From assembly GCA_017499595.2 (NCBI GenBank), contig CM039004.1, forward strand, positions 372,001 through 436,000: a DNA stretch of 64,000 bases. Direction: 5' to 3'. The notes below the pieces were generated by a model. That model was not told the origin of the DNA. It saw only the letters and a list, made by a program, of their open reading frames with translations, and ran no database searches. The first letter of the stretch is position 1. The number at the start of each line of letters is the position of its first letter. The position numbers and the translations under genes are program-made. Below are positions 1 through 12,769 of the stretch, piece after piece. This stretch comes from Psilocybe cubensis. Taxonomy: Eukaryota.

Positions 1-241
1 TGGGGTTCCTTGCAAGCCGTCCTGCATCTCTTCTCACTGTTGTCAGAGTTGTTGACACAATCAGTCAATGTGTATACAGTAAAATGAGCGGGGATATATC
101 CGAGACCCCATTCCAAGTGGCAATTAACCTGCCAAAAAAGTCGGCTTTATGGTAAACCGTGGAAAAAGTGAGGCGAAAACTGTGATTCAATCAAAGAAGG
201 AATAAATGGATTACAACGTCCAACAGGTGGTCAACATATTT

Positions 242-614
242 TTAAATTATACAGCAAGGCCCGCAACAAAACAATGCTGCCCAGCAACCCAATAAACTTG
301 ACGATTCGCGTCGGTTAAAGACTCGTTCAGCAGCAAAGGACACTGGGTAACTTACCAGGCACAACATGATTCGCATGCGCCCTTGTCTTCCTTAACGGGT
401 CGCTCCTGGACCACTATCATAGGTTGTTGATTGGGACCATAATATGCTGGTGTGTTTGGATAATACGGTTGTTGAGCTTGCGCCTCGGGATATGGGGCGT
501 TTACTGCAGATGATGAACATCAAGTGGTGTGCTGAGGCATGCGGACCACCTACCATATCCTGGGTAAACTGCATCTGGCCGATCAACTGGCACGTTGTCG
601 GTGTGTTTGCCCAT
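242..614 (-). CDS. CYSTM-type (cysteine-rich transmembrane module) small tail-anchored protein, 87 aa, 3 exons (614-554, 503-356, 296-242)
   Basis: Manual splicing over two GT-AG introns gives MGKHTDNVPVDRPDAVYPGYVNAPYPEAQAQQPYYPNTPAYYGPNQQPMIVVQERPVKEDKGACESCCACLLGCWAALFCCGPCCII*. A P/Y/Q-rich N-terminus with a Cys-rich hydrophobic C-terminus is the CYSTM architecture. Not in the ORF track. Confidence 0.85.
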
Positions 615-907
615 CGTAACTGTAAGAAATCTAATGGAATGTAAATTACGGATTGATACGAGGTTGACAGGAATCCATCCTCACCGGGAATTAAGCTTCA
701 AGTACGTGGTATACGGAAGGAATGGTGAAACGGGTGTCATAAAACTGTTTCAGGTTTCAAGGTTAAATAGAGTGACGCTCCAGCGCATGACTATGAAGTG
801 AACACAATTGTTTCACAAAAAAACGCGGGTGATGGGATAAGCAGTGGACGACAAAAGAATGTATATCTGAGGTATAAAAAGCAATGAAAGAGGATTTGAA
901 CAGAATT

Positions 908-1940
908 TCAGTTGACTATGATTGTGCCTTTTTTCCTGCCAAATCCCCAGGTTGATGGAGATAGGATTCGATCGATGAACGAAAGATGTTTATACGGCCT
1001 GGAGGGATCCTATTCGACAAAAAATGATATGAATCAGTGTGAACGGTGAATATGAAAACACATTTACGCACAATGACTCGCATAGTTTGCCCGGCTGGGG
1101 GAACTACAACGTAACCCCCTTTGCCACCGCTTATTGGAACAACTATTGGAAGGTTTTGTGAAGGCTGAACCACTGTGGGCCCGTGGTGTGACGGATGGAT
1201 TGTCGCATACTGCTGTCCTGAATCATAGTAACGATTGGAATTCCTCGAGGAAAAGGTATCGGTTGAGTGTGATCGACTTGAGTATGACCCATCGGATCCG
1301 TCTCTGTCGTACGAATAAGAACGAGAACGACGTCGTCTGCGACGCGAGTAATTGTCCGCACTTGTTGGGACTTGGATAGGTGGACCTGTGTACGTGTTGG
1401 TCGGTCCGATAGAGTATGCTTCCGGAATTGCCGGGTTGTATGGTTGCGAGAGTGTTCTACCATTCTGGTATGAAGGGTGCCTCGAGGGGATGCCCTCGTA
1501 ATGCTCCTCTAGTGGTGGTATATCATTGGGATCCATATAACGGCCATTTATCGAAGCTTGTTGCTGTGATGGAAAATGGTTGGAGTATGGACCTGAATGG
1601 TGTGAGATCTGTCTAGTACCATGGTGGTTGTCGTAGAGCTGAGGAAGTTGTCGTCGGCCGCGTCGATAGTCGGAAGACGTTTGTCCAAAAGCATTGTGGA
1701 CACGACCCCTTCCGTATTCTGGATTCACGATATTAAGTTGATCTGAGGATAAATTATGGGAGCTTGCGCCACCCCAGCTGGGGGCGCGGCTGTGGTTCGA
1801 CCTGTAGCTCCCAATAGCTGGCGGAGCGAATCCGTATTCTGTCATGAGGAAGAGCAAAAGTTAAGATGTAGTAAACTATGAATCCTTCGTTCCTATAGAA
1901 CTTGAGAAACGCTACCTTGTGTTATAGGCATGTGAACCAT
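908..1940 (-). CDS. Hypothetical Ser/Arg/Pro/Tyr-rich low-complexity protein (3 exons)
   Basis: Large ORF 916-1857, plus an inferred first exon (MVHMPITQ, 1940-1916) and a last exon ending ...WGFGRKKGTIIVN* at 908. Contains an RS-rich tract and a VVPISGGKGGYVVVPP segment. Confidence 0.65.
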
Positions 1941-2447
1941 GACATGTCCAATACGCAGGCCTCGAGGACTCCTCGAGTTGGCTCTGCGACAATAGCATCA
2001 AATAGTAGCTAATGTAGTTTTTGAAACTATGAAAATGGTAGTCATGTCCTATTTCAGGTACATCCATTTTTGTATGCCTTGTATAGCCTTGGATGAGATA
2101 CACCGCAACAGAAAAATGCACATCACGAACGTTAATCGTGGATGAAGGGGTTCAAGAGCTTGATATCAACAGGCGGTTGCCGACGATCGCCGCTTTCGCG
2201 TGGAATCGCCAATCAATTACGTAACACGTGGGATAAAGGAGTAAGCTCCGCTGTGACGGTTCGTTCACGACTAACCATGGCTGGCCTGGGTTAGGGTCCC
2301 AGAGTGACGGGTGGTCAGGAAGTAACGTGGCATAGGTTAATGGGACAGATTAGTCCAACGGTTGCGCGTGGTGCAATTCCCGCGTGTTCCATTTTACCCG
2401 TGATGTTACATCCGCTCCAAACCATGCCCAACGGTTTTTAGGCCCCA

Positions 2448-2605
2448 TGTCGCTCAACTACTGTTTCAATGAAGTCAGATAGAACGCTTAGCTATTAGCT
2501 TAATATTTCTACTCAAGTTGACAATTTTGGTGGTAAATCCAGCGACTTGCTAGCGACTTCTAATGTTTTTGATTACAACTTGAAGTACCACCGGCAAGCC
2601 GCGCG
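2448..2605 (+). repeat. Dispersed ~160-bp repeat, copy A (inverted relative to copy B at 16473-16641)
   Basis: tgtcgctcaactactgtttcaatgaagtcagatagaacgcttagctattagcttaa...ggcaagccgcgcg is largely the reverse complement of 16473-16641. Confidence 0.9.
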
Positions 2606-2761
2606 CGGACATTGAACGTTCACTCACGTGACCGTGTTTCAAAAATTCAAACAAAGCGGTTACGCGAGCACCATCTTGTACCGTTCTTTCACCAAGGTTC
2701 CACTGCGTGGGGAGCCCATAACGCTTTTGGTTCTTATTTCTTGGGATAACGCTCTTTGATC

Positions 2762-5700
2762 ATGTCAATAAATCATATCGAAACCAATTCGTCAAGACTG
2801 AAACCGAATGAAGCAAAACCAAAGCTATTTTCTATGAATCCAAATCGAGGGTTGCTCGAAAATATACGGATGAATAAACAATCCGAATTAACTAGCAATA
2901 AATCACCTCTTGATATGAATAGAGGCTCGAAGATGATTTCTCTGACCTCACTTTTATCTGAACCTCGTAGAATCTCAACACCAGTCGTTCCTCAACGACG
3001 TGGAGAAGCAAGGACGAATGGTGAGAATGAAATTTAACCTTTTAACTCATTACTGACGAATGTGGACCGCATGTAGTCCCCTCTTCGCCACATTACATGT
3101 CTTCCATGTCACCAGACCGCGCATATACTCAACCTAACTTGCTCAACCGACCCATTGAAAGTTTAGAGCTGAACTCCTACCATCAGAACGTGCAGACTCC
3201 CTGCAAGGAAGTAGGCAGATTAGAGCCATGTAGCCCTGCAGTGCGTGACAATGTGCATAGACAATTCCTTTTAGCATAACCTCTGCCAGCTGTCTGATCT
3301 CCATACCGGAACCACGGATCTCGAGGCGCTGTACAACGAAATCGACAGAAAGAACCTCATGTATAACCAGTCTTCTCGAGCACTTGGGCTCTGTCGATCG
3401 AAACTTGAGGCGGCGCGACGTCAAAGCGAGGCTGATGCGTCCGAACTGAAATCTTTGCGGCAGTCACTCGCAGCATTGAGGGAAAGGTTGGCGGTCAAAG
3501 AAACCGAACTCACATCTGCCACTGGCTACCTTTCAGAGACCAAGTCTGCTCTAGCGGAAATCTCAGAAAAACATTCTTCTTTAAAGGAAGAGCTTGCGGA
3601 AGAGAAAGCGGCGAAACAGAAATTGGAAATAGGTACAGGAATGTTGAAGTCCGGCATGGCCAAGCTGTCGACTTCGTAAGTGCTTCCACCATGCTTCAGA
3701 GCCGGCGCTGAATAACAATAATTATGTAGGTACTCCGAGCTGGCGGAATCATTTCGAGAATTGAAGGTCGCTTATGACTCTTCACAGAAACAACTCACAG
3801 AGCTCGTAGTCGACGCAGGGGAGACAAAAAGGCTGGCTCAGGGTGGCCTGGAAGGCAACTTCTATGCACTGCTCCCTGAAGTGGAAAGCTCAATTATTAT
3901 TTAGCGTTATCACCCCTGTTGGACGAAGAAACGATGACTATTCGTTCAGCGGAAACAAAAAATCTGCTCGCGGAACTGTCCAAAGATTTGGCTTCATGTA
4001 TGCGCTTGCGACATCAATTTTTTTCTCCAGCTCTTACCGGTTCTCAGCCAATCAAGTCAATGATATGCTTCGGGACAAATTGCACCACATGGGGTCACAA
4101 ATATGTGAAGCTCAAGAGCGCATCAAGGAGTTGGAAGAAGAAAAACGTGGGGCGTTAAAGGATATCGTTGCCGCACAGCACGAGGAACGACGTCATTTCG
4201 AAAAGCTGATGGTTGTTGGTAAGTGGATTAACCATTTCGATGAGTTCTCCTCTCACCTTTCTTTTGCGCACAGAGGAATCGCTAGCTCAGCTATCCCAGA
4301 AATTAGCTGTCCGTGAAAAGGAGACTATTGATGCACTTGCCAGCTCGACTTCCTTCCAGACAAAATTAGAGTCGTCAATGTTGTTGTATGAATGGATTGC
4401 GTTGATATATGAACATCGCTAATCTTTCCTTAGGGTGGAAAATACTCAAAAAGCACGAGAGTCGCTGGAGTTGGAGCTACATACGTTGCGTTCTGAGAGG
4501 GATACGTATGATCGCTTCCTTTCCCTTCTCTCCAATCTGGATACGCTGGTAACAAAGTATCGACTGTAGGCTTGCTTCAAATCTCTTAGACCTTCAAAAC
4601 ACGATCAGCATACGGGAAAAAGACCTTGCAACCGCTAAAGTGGAACTGACTGCGCTTGCCGAATCGAAGGCCGAACTACGAGCACTGTAAGAACCAAGCG
4701 ATGACTTACCACAGTTTTATTACATACCACCGATTGACAGGCTTGCTGAATCGAAGAAAGATCTATCAGAGAAGATCGTTGAACTGCAAAACAGAGATCC
4801 GTAGGTTGATGAGCCTATTTTCAGCTTTCTCTGATGACACCCTTTTCCGCCAGAAACATCGACCTACAAAATCAGATTTGTTCATTGCAGACCGAAGTAC
4901 AGCTTCTGCAAACGACCTTACGCGAGTAAGCTCTTTCTTTGATGCTAATGTACATGTATAATTGACGCATACCCAAGGCTCCGAGGCACAGAAACCGTTT
5001 TGCAAAAGAATATCACTGAAGCTGAAAAGGCTAATGCACAACTGTCAGTGATATATTCCTATATGTCGCATTTGTACTGATGCTTTTGGCTTGTCATTAG
5101 GCTCGAACGCAATCAGCAATTACAAGAATCTCTTCGGAAGTCACAGCTCGAATCAGATGCTCGAGTGCCCCTGGAGTTAATGAACGAGAAAACTAATATT
5201 CTGAACAACCAAGTTTCGGCTTTGAAACAGGAGATAAAGGAGCTAACACTAGAAGTGCGAGATCACGAGAAGGCGAAATCTGAACTGTGAGCGAAAATTC
5301 TGAGCATTTCTGCACCTATGATGACCATAAAAGTGTTTATCGGAACCGAACTCTGCAAGAATCGCTTGAAAGATCGACCTCCGAGTTTACCGGGGTGAAG
5401 GAGATCCATACCAAGTGAGAAATTGTTCGACTTGAGTATCACTTCTCCTTTCAACTATCACTATCAGGTTGACTGCAGAAACAAACGAGTTGAAGGTGAA
5501 GACCTTGTAATCGGCTACAAATTTGCGTATTGAGCCTTTTTAGGAGCGCCTGAATGTCCAGAGTGGGGAGTTATTCCGATGTAAGCAAGAATGTGCGATC
5601 GCGAAGGTTGGTGTTTCTGTTCCTTGTAGCTTCATTTCTCCCCTCAGCAGCATATAGGAACGTCAAATATCACTGGAGAAGCAATTATCTTTGACAGAGT

Positions 5701-6940
5701 CCTCTTTGAAGCAAATGGAGAGCGGGCGTGATTCAGTCGTCAATGCATTAGAAACCCGCGTTGAAGATTTGAAAGTCAAACTTGATCAAGTTACAGCGGA
5801 ACTTATGGATCGGACTAGAGAGCTGGCTGCCCAATCGGAATCGTTGAGCGGAACTGAGGCGAGGCACCAATTAGAAACTGATCGAATGATAGAGGATTTG
5901 GAGCAAAGGATTTTGCAGCACGTTAAATCGGCCAATGAAATTGTGTCTAGGTATAGGGACGGGAATTTGGTAGGTTTATTCAAACTTTATCTGTAGACAT
6001 TAATTTCTCTCGCCACATAGACCGATGTGGAGAAGGAGTTGGTGGGTGTAGTCTTACGCCAAGCAGAACATATACACGCCGAAGAGGTTGTCAAGAAAGA
6101 TAACGAGTTACACAGGGTAGGCAATAGTCGTTTACCGAAAGACTAAACCTTAATTTTGTCGTTTCTATAGCGGCAGCGGGTGGTAGAAGACCTCAAAATA
6201 AAGATAGCTGAATCGCAAAAGACGATTGCACGACTCCTCAAAGAAAAGGCAAAAGAATTGCCGCCTGATTCGGGCAACAAGTCAATTTTTGGTTTCAAAG
6301 CTTGGGTTTCTTCTAGCCCTGCAGATGCAGTAAACTTGTGTTATACTTTCTTCTGGTGCTTCTGCTCAACTCTTATTTTCAGCATGATGCCGCTAAAGGA
6401 GACAAAAATGGTCGCGACCATGGGAAAATGCCTTCGCCAGTCGCTCCTTCTCCCACGTCCAATCCTATTCCGCTCCCTCAGAATCCCGTGCCTACTAGCC
6501 ACCATACGGCCCCAAGTGTCAACGCACGACATGTCAATGTGGACTCCGAGGATGACACTCCTCTTTCTGAGTTGAGCTCTATCTCACAAGATTCGGCGCC
6601 CGCTATGGCATCCGGTCAAAAACGTATCCATTCACGGCCACCTTCGGCATTGGATGAACCGAACCCAGCGAAGAGGCGCACGGCGAGTGTCGTTGATGTT
6701 CTTTTAATTCTGTCTTGACGTTATCTCTCCTTCCTTATGCTAGAAGATTACAATTGCGCCTTCCAAACCCGCACTTGGTCAATCAGCCGCCACTACATCC
6801 ACGAACAACAAGAAGGTATTCCATTGTAATTTGCATATTTTTGCTCCTCGCCTTTTTTTGATAAGCATTTCTGCAACGCCCAGGCACCTGCTCTGGATAC
6901 TAGTATCAGTACCAAATCAAAGGCAAAGAAAAGGAAGTAA
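2762..6940 (+). CDS. Large multi-exon coiled-coil protein with Ser/Pro-rich head and basic, Ser/Thr-Pro-rich tail
   Basis: Heptad-rich exons (3359-3679, 5691-5996, 6180-) are separated by ~50-60-bp GT-AG introns. The last exon ends ...STKSKAKKRK* at 6940. The internal exon structure is approximate. Confidence 0.75.
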
Positions 6941-7023
6941 ATTCAACGTCGTTTCCACGTCGGGATTTACCGAATACAAGACTGACTTCTACGAAAGATT
7001 CGTATCTTGAACAGATAGTCAAA

Positions 7024-7300
7024 GTGGAACTCAATGTAGAGATTTCTCTTACATTTGGAATAAAATATGAACCTTAAAGTTGTCTTATACATTAAGTACC
7101 AGATCAAGGCGTCAGAATGAACTCCAGTGTGAGTGGAAATCAAAAGTTTTTCCAGTTAACATACGAGCATTTCCTACAGTTTGATTTCCACTCAAACTGG
7201 AGTTCATTCTGACACCTTGATCTGTTACTTAATGTATAAGACAACTTCAAGGTTCATCTTTTATTCAAAATGTAAGAGAAATTTCTACGTGGAGTTCTAC
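7024..7300. mobile_element. Foldback/MITE-like element 1 (~121-bp inverted arms, ~35-nt spacer)
   Basis: 7024-7144 (gtggaactcaatgtagagatttctcttacatt...gagtggaaatcaaa) is an imperfect reverse complement of 7180-7300. A related copy lies at 43581-44213. Confidence 0.85.
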
Positions 7301-7325
7301 ACGTCGGGATATTCAGAAAATAGCG

Positions 7326-7662
7326 TTCCCACGAAGTAGGTAATCAAATGTTGCAACATACTGGAAAAATATTGGGGCCGTCCGTGTTCACATTCATTTG
7401 GAATATAATGCTATCAAATATATCAAGTTTTTTACCACATACAAAGGTGCTTTATATTTCAAATTAAAAGGAACACCGTATCAGTAAAATACCTGCCATT
7501 TTACTGATATGGCGTTCCTTTCAATTTGAAATATAAAGCACCTTTGTATGTGGTAAGAAACTTAAAATATTTGCCAGCATTATATTTCAAACAAATGTGA
7601 AAGACAGATGGTCCAATATATTTCAAGTATGTTGTAACATTTGATTACCTACTTTGTGGGAA
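7326..7662. mobile_element. Foldback/MITE-like element 2 (~165-bp inverted arms, 7-nt loop)
   Basis: 7326-7490 (ttcccacgaagtaggtaatcaaatgttgcaacatac...tatcagtaaaat), loop acctgcc, then 7498-7662 (attttactgata...ttacctactttgtgggaa). Confidence 0.85.
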
Positions 7663-8498
7663 TTCTGCTCTTTTGTTTTTTGACCCACCCACCGCTCCCT
7701 TTTCTTCAGCACCTGGTATAGCAGGTTGGATTGGGCTCAGTCTCGCCTCAATCACTCTGTTACTAACAGACGCTCTGGTCTTACCCAGCTCTCCTTCAAT
7801 TTCAGACTTTGCTGAAAGATTTGGATCTTCAAATGCGGACCATTGGGTCTAAACTTCAACGTGCATTGCATCCTCACCGGATAATGCTTCGGCGTGTCTG
7901 TCTCTCGACCCAGTCGCGTTGGACGTGTTTCCATCACATGACCGATTACGCCGATCACGTCTCACTCAGCTCGTTACAGAAACAGCTTACATTTAGCTTT
8001 CCGGAAATATTTTCAATATTTCGTAGTCTGCAACTTCTGCCACAAGAGCAAGTTATCTTATCCACGTGTTACTCTAACATCCCGTTCGACAGCCTGTGAC
8101 TCTTCGGACAAATATTGTGCATGTGTGCGCCATCTTTTTTTGCCTGTCGTGCAGATGTTCATGTGGATGAAGCAACCATCGCCGATGCTATCTTTGTTCT
8201 GCCGTCATTACTCAATGGTTGTTGCACTTGCTTTCTTCTGTTATTCAACATTTGAAGTTCTGCAGCGTAATGAAATAAAGGTCAGTCAAGTTTAGTTCCA
8301 CCACTCGAACCAAAAAATCGAGATCACAGGAGCATTATTGACAGGGTTATTATAAATATTCCAAACTGGGACAAATTAGTATGTGTGGGAAGAACTAAGG
8401 CAATACAGTGGTGTTACGCGTCGCGGGGATAAATTCCTTGGGACCCCAAGGTGTGCGATCTGATCGATAACTAGGCCCACAGGTCCACTTTCAATGCA

Positions 8499-11400
8499 AT
8501 GCCAGTGGACACCACCAGGGTAATCTCACCGCGACGGACTCAGAAGAAGCTCACAGAGGAAGAGCTCAAGGACATTGATCGTAAGCGACTTCTAGGTGAG
8601 TCTCGAGCCGTGTAATATGGCGAAAGAAGTCTAACCGACACTCAGGAGAGCTTTCTTGCGCGGAATGTCGACGATTGAAGCTGCGGTGCGACAAAAAATT
8701 ACCATGCGGGTCATGCTTTCGAAGAGGTTGCGAGAGCATTTGTCCTCTCGGTATGTGCTCTTCGTATGACGTAGGACTCAAAGCGCTCGAACCTGTCGTA
8801 TTCTAGGAATTCTGGCAGCGGGCCAAGGGACTCGGTGGGTGTACCTGTCCGCTCCCCGCGGCCCTTCCTCCTTAATCTGAAGGCTTTGGCAGGTTTATTC
8901 TCGCAGATACTCAACAGCTACATGACAAGATCTATGAGATGAGCAATAGAATCCGGCAGCTCGAGGATGCACTTGCCATTCTACAGTCCACAGTGACAGA
9001 CCAAAGACACCCGCTGCTCAGTGACGAATTGCTGAGGATCAAATTTGGATCGGAGGCCATTAACGCTCGTAAAGCATCGGCTGACAATGCCGATGAGGAT
9101 AATTCCACTGCAAAGTCGATCGACGCCCTCGGCACATTGACACTGGGAAGTTCGGGTGAAGTGCAGTACTTTGGGGGTTCGGCGGGGTCAGAGGTACTGT
9201 CTTTTTCACTCCATTTGTCGATCTTTTGCCTAATTGGATGATATCATTCAGACTTTAATGATGGTGTGTTTATTACTCCCATTCTAGTCCGAATCATTCT
9301 TGTTAACTTCTCACAGAGGGCCGGTGAAGAAGTTGAGGGCTCTGAAGACGAGGATAAAGAGGCGAATAGGGAAATGTTTTTCGAAATCGACAAATTAGCC
9401 AATTTATTTCCATTCACGTCTAAAGGGAGACCCAACATGCATGGTTTAGACCTCGTTCAGTCCTTCCTTCCGTCATCCGAACGTGCGTCGCAGCTATGCG
9501 ACTCGTACATTAAACACGCCTCTTTCTTTTTCCGCCCTATCAAAGGAGATGACTTACTCCAAGGCTTATTGCCAGCGATATACAATATCGCCAACGAAAA
9601 CCGTTCGCAAGCAACGGGACAAAGTCAGTCTCAGAGCAGTGGCAGCGAAGAAAAGATTATGAACCCTCATGCTATGGCGACACTTTACTTCATCTTTGCT
9701 CTGGGATGCTTATTGGATTTGACTAGACCTCCATACAGTTCCGAATCTGAACGGTACTACGATCTCGGACGGGCGGCACTGTCTCTCAGATCCGTTTACG
9801 ATAGTCCCAACATGGATTCCGTGCAGGCTATGGGCCTCATGGCGACATATCAGACCCTGGCTGGGAAGAAGTACACCCGGGACAGTGCGGTATGTAAGCC
9901 ACCCATTTTCAGCATCAATGTCATTCTAATATGGTAGCGTGAAGTGGTGCATAATGAGCTTCGCGGCTAAGCTGGCTCAGAGCGTAAGTCTGTGACTTGG
10001 CAGTCGTAATCATATTCTCCGCTGTTAATGCGAACCTCCCACCACTAGATTGGCCTTCGTGAGTGACCTATTTTTAAAACTGACAGAACAACCTTTTATG
10101 ACGTCTTCTTCTATTCGCAGACAGGGATAGTGCACGATGGAATATGGACTCCAGTACTGTTCAGCGTAGAAGGAATCTGTTCTGGGAGGTATTTTCAGCT
10201 GATGTCTCTAATGTAAGTTCCCATCTTTTGGAATGAAGTGACATTGAAAGTATATGTGATTGTCTTACAGAGCCTTGCTATGGGACGACCGCCGGCTATT
10301 CACCTCTCATATGTAGATTGTGAATTCCCACAAGACGATGATGCATCACTCAGCAGTACGGCAGAGCCCGAGGATGGCTGTGAGTTACCTGGCTTGTTCA
10401 ACCGTACTGTGTATGTTAACCCAGCAATACGTTTTAAAAGTCTGGAGAATGAAGCATAAATTTGCCAAAAACATATATAATTCCGTTGCCGATGCTACAC
10501 TGACAGCGAAACCACCCAGTTACAATACTGTTCTTGATCTGGATAGGAAGGTCAGGGAGATATCGTTCCCTGCTTCGTTCAACCCCTACGTGACCCGGGA
10601 TGTTGGTGCAGAAATATTTAATTCCAGTTCGCTGTCTTTGAGAGATTTTTATGCTAGCCAACACCGAACAGTCAGTTGAGTATTTTTCCTATTCTTGTAC
10701 ATTGTCTTTCGTTGAATTTACATATATAATTTAGCGATGCTTTACCTTCACAGGAGCTTCTTTGCACAGGCAATGTTGGATCACCCAACGAACCCTCTTC
10801 TCAGTCCCTTCGCACCGTCGTTCTTGACTGCCTACAGGAGTGCTTCAGTCATCATCAAAGCGACTGCTCATCTATTCGAACGATGTGCGGCTATAGCTAT
10901 GAGATTGTGGTTCTTGATTAATCATACATTTTCCGCTGCTGTACGTTCACAAAAAATCAAGGGTCTGCACTAATATAAATTTTCTTTTCTTTATCAGGTC
11001 ATCGTGGGGACAGTAGTAACTCGTTCCCCAAACTCAAATATTGCTTCCATCGCTATGCGTGATTTCAACCTTGCACTGTCATTATTCGAGAAAACGGCGG
11101 CTCAGTCATCCAGAGCTAGGGTTGCTTTGGTATAGGTTATTTGAATCCACTTCATGGAGGTTTCTAACATGTGTAATATCATCTAGGGCGTGCTAACAAA
11201 GCTTCAGGAGAAGGCTAAACGGTCCTATGAGCAGATATCTACCACAGGCCCTATTGAAGGTCCATTCGATAACCCCGAAGACATCGAAGACGACCTCGCA
11301 ATTTTCGGCGGGCAGATGAAGGTCTTGAGCCGAAAGGGAAAAATGAATGCGCATCAGAGATCATCGTCGACGTCAGGGTCGATCACCACACACTCGACCG

Positions 11401-12365
11401 TTAGTTCTCCACAGTCACAATCACCTTCCAGTACGAACGCGTCTCCCAAGTTGGATTCTCAGGCAGCGGCCGTCTTGGGACTTGGTCTAGATTTTCCGGA
11501 TGTGCACCCTTCACTGATAACATATCTAAACCAGGACGCTGTCAGGAGGGCAATGACGCAGGGATCGTTACAGCGGGAAGGGAACGCTCCTCCTACCGTT
11601 AGTCAGGTAAATCCCGAGGCACCTGCTGGTAGCTTTGGGGCAAGTAATGCGACCATCTTGCGTGGTGGTCCTATTCCAGGAGTAGCAGCGCTTCTGGAAG
11701 GAAATTCCATCATTCCAAGGCAGCCTCAGCATATGAACACAAATTCTGATGCACGGCCTTCTTATGATGATTCACGAACCCGCCCTGGAAGCTCGTTTCC
11801 GCAACTTCAACTTCCCCAACAATACAGCGCGGGAGTTGGATTATCAAGGGACTGGACTCAATCATTGGGTGCTGCAAATCCACCGGGAATTTTGAGGTCG
11901 AATCTTTCATCATATACAGACAATACAGTTGCAAGAGGGGCCTTTGATAACAGGGAGTCCACCAACATTCCAGGAAGAAATCAGGGCGGGATTGCATTTT
12001 CGGATTCTCTTCGGTCTGCTTCGAGCGGTTATCCCAGAGAGAATATCTTCCCTTCAACGGCCGATACAAACATGGGTCAAAGCTTTGCTCAGCCTTTCTT
12101 CCAACGTCTAGGGGGTTATATGACTCTTCCAGAGCAGTCCCAATCCTCAGCAGGTTTTAATCCCGCGCTGGACTTAAGCCGAGGTTCAATGCAAGGAGCA
12201 ACGAGCGGAGTAGGCGGAACCTCAATGAGCGCATCTGCAGGCTGGACAGACGATGGAGTCAACTTTGCCGACGCCGTAGAAATGGGGCTTTCCAGTGGGA
12301 GTGGCATGGACGCTGGGTGGATGTCGTTCATGCGAGACTGCGGAATTATGGACATGGATGGATAA
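8499..12365 (+). CDS. Zn(II)2Cys6 binuclear cluster transcription factor with Fungal_trans (middle homology) domain
   Basis: Spliced exon 2 reads CAECRRLKLRCDKKLPCGSCFRRGCESIC. Later exons read IGLHRDSARW...RRRNLFWEV...SLAMGRPPAI. The last exon is low-complexity and ends in an acidic-aromatic GWMSFMRDCG segment. Confidence 0.95.
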
Positions 12366-12769
12366 CATGTCGTTTGCTTGGACATTTCCAAGGGTATTTT
12401 GCACCTGCTTTGTGGTATTAATTTATTCCAGAGCCTGAGGCCTTCAGGCCTGATCAGTGAGCCCAGTAATGTATGTATCTGCGTGTTCTATATCTATTTT
12501 ACATTTATTACATATCAAAATTATACCTTTCATTGGTCACCGTTGCATCCGACTGAGTTCTACTTCTTGGATAGTCTACAGACTGTGGTGCCGCTTTATT
12601 TAATTATAATACTGAATAGTTGTGATCTATGGTTTTGTTGACATTAAACCGCAATTGTACAGCCTGCTAACGAGTACCAAGACAACATAGCACAGCCTCA
12701 GAAAGGGTTAAAGGGCGGGCCATCACATCACAAGTTAACAATTCATTATTCTGACGATCATCAACTCCA

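Noticed and set aside
392-644. ORF-track entries 392-586(-) and 444-644(+)
   Set aside because: They are out-of-frame or antisense shadows of the spliced CYSTM gene.
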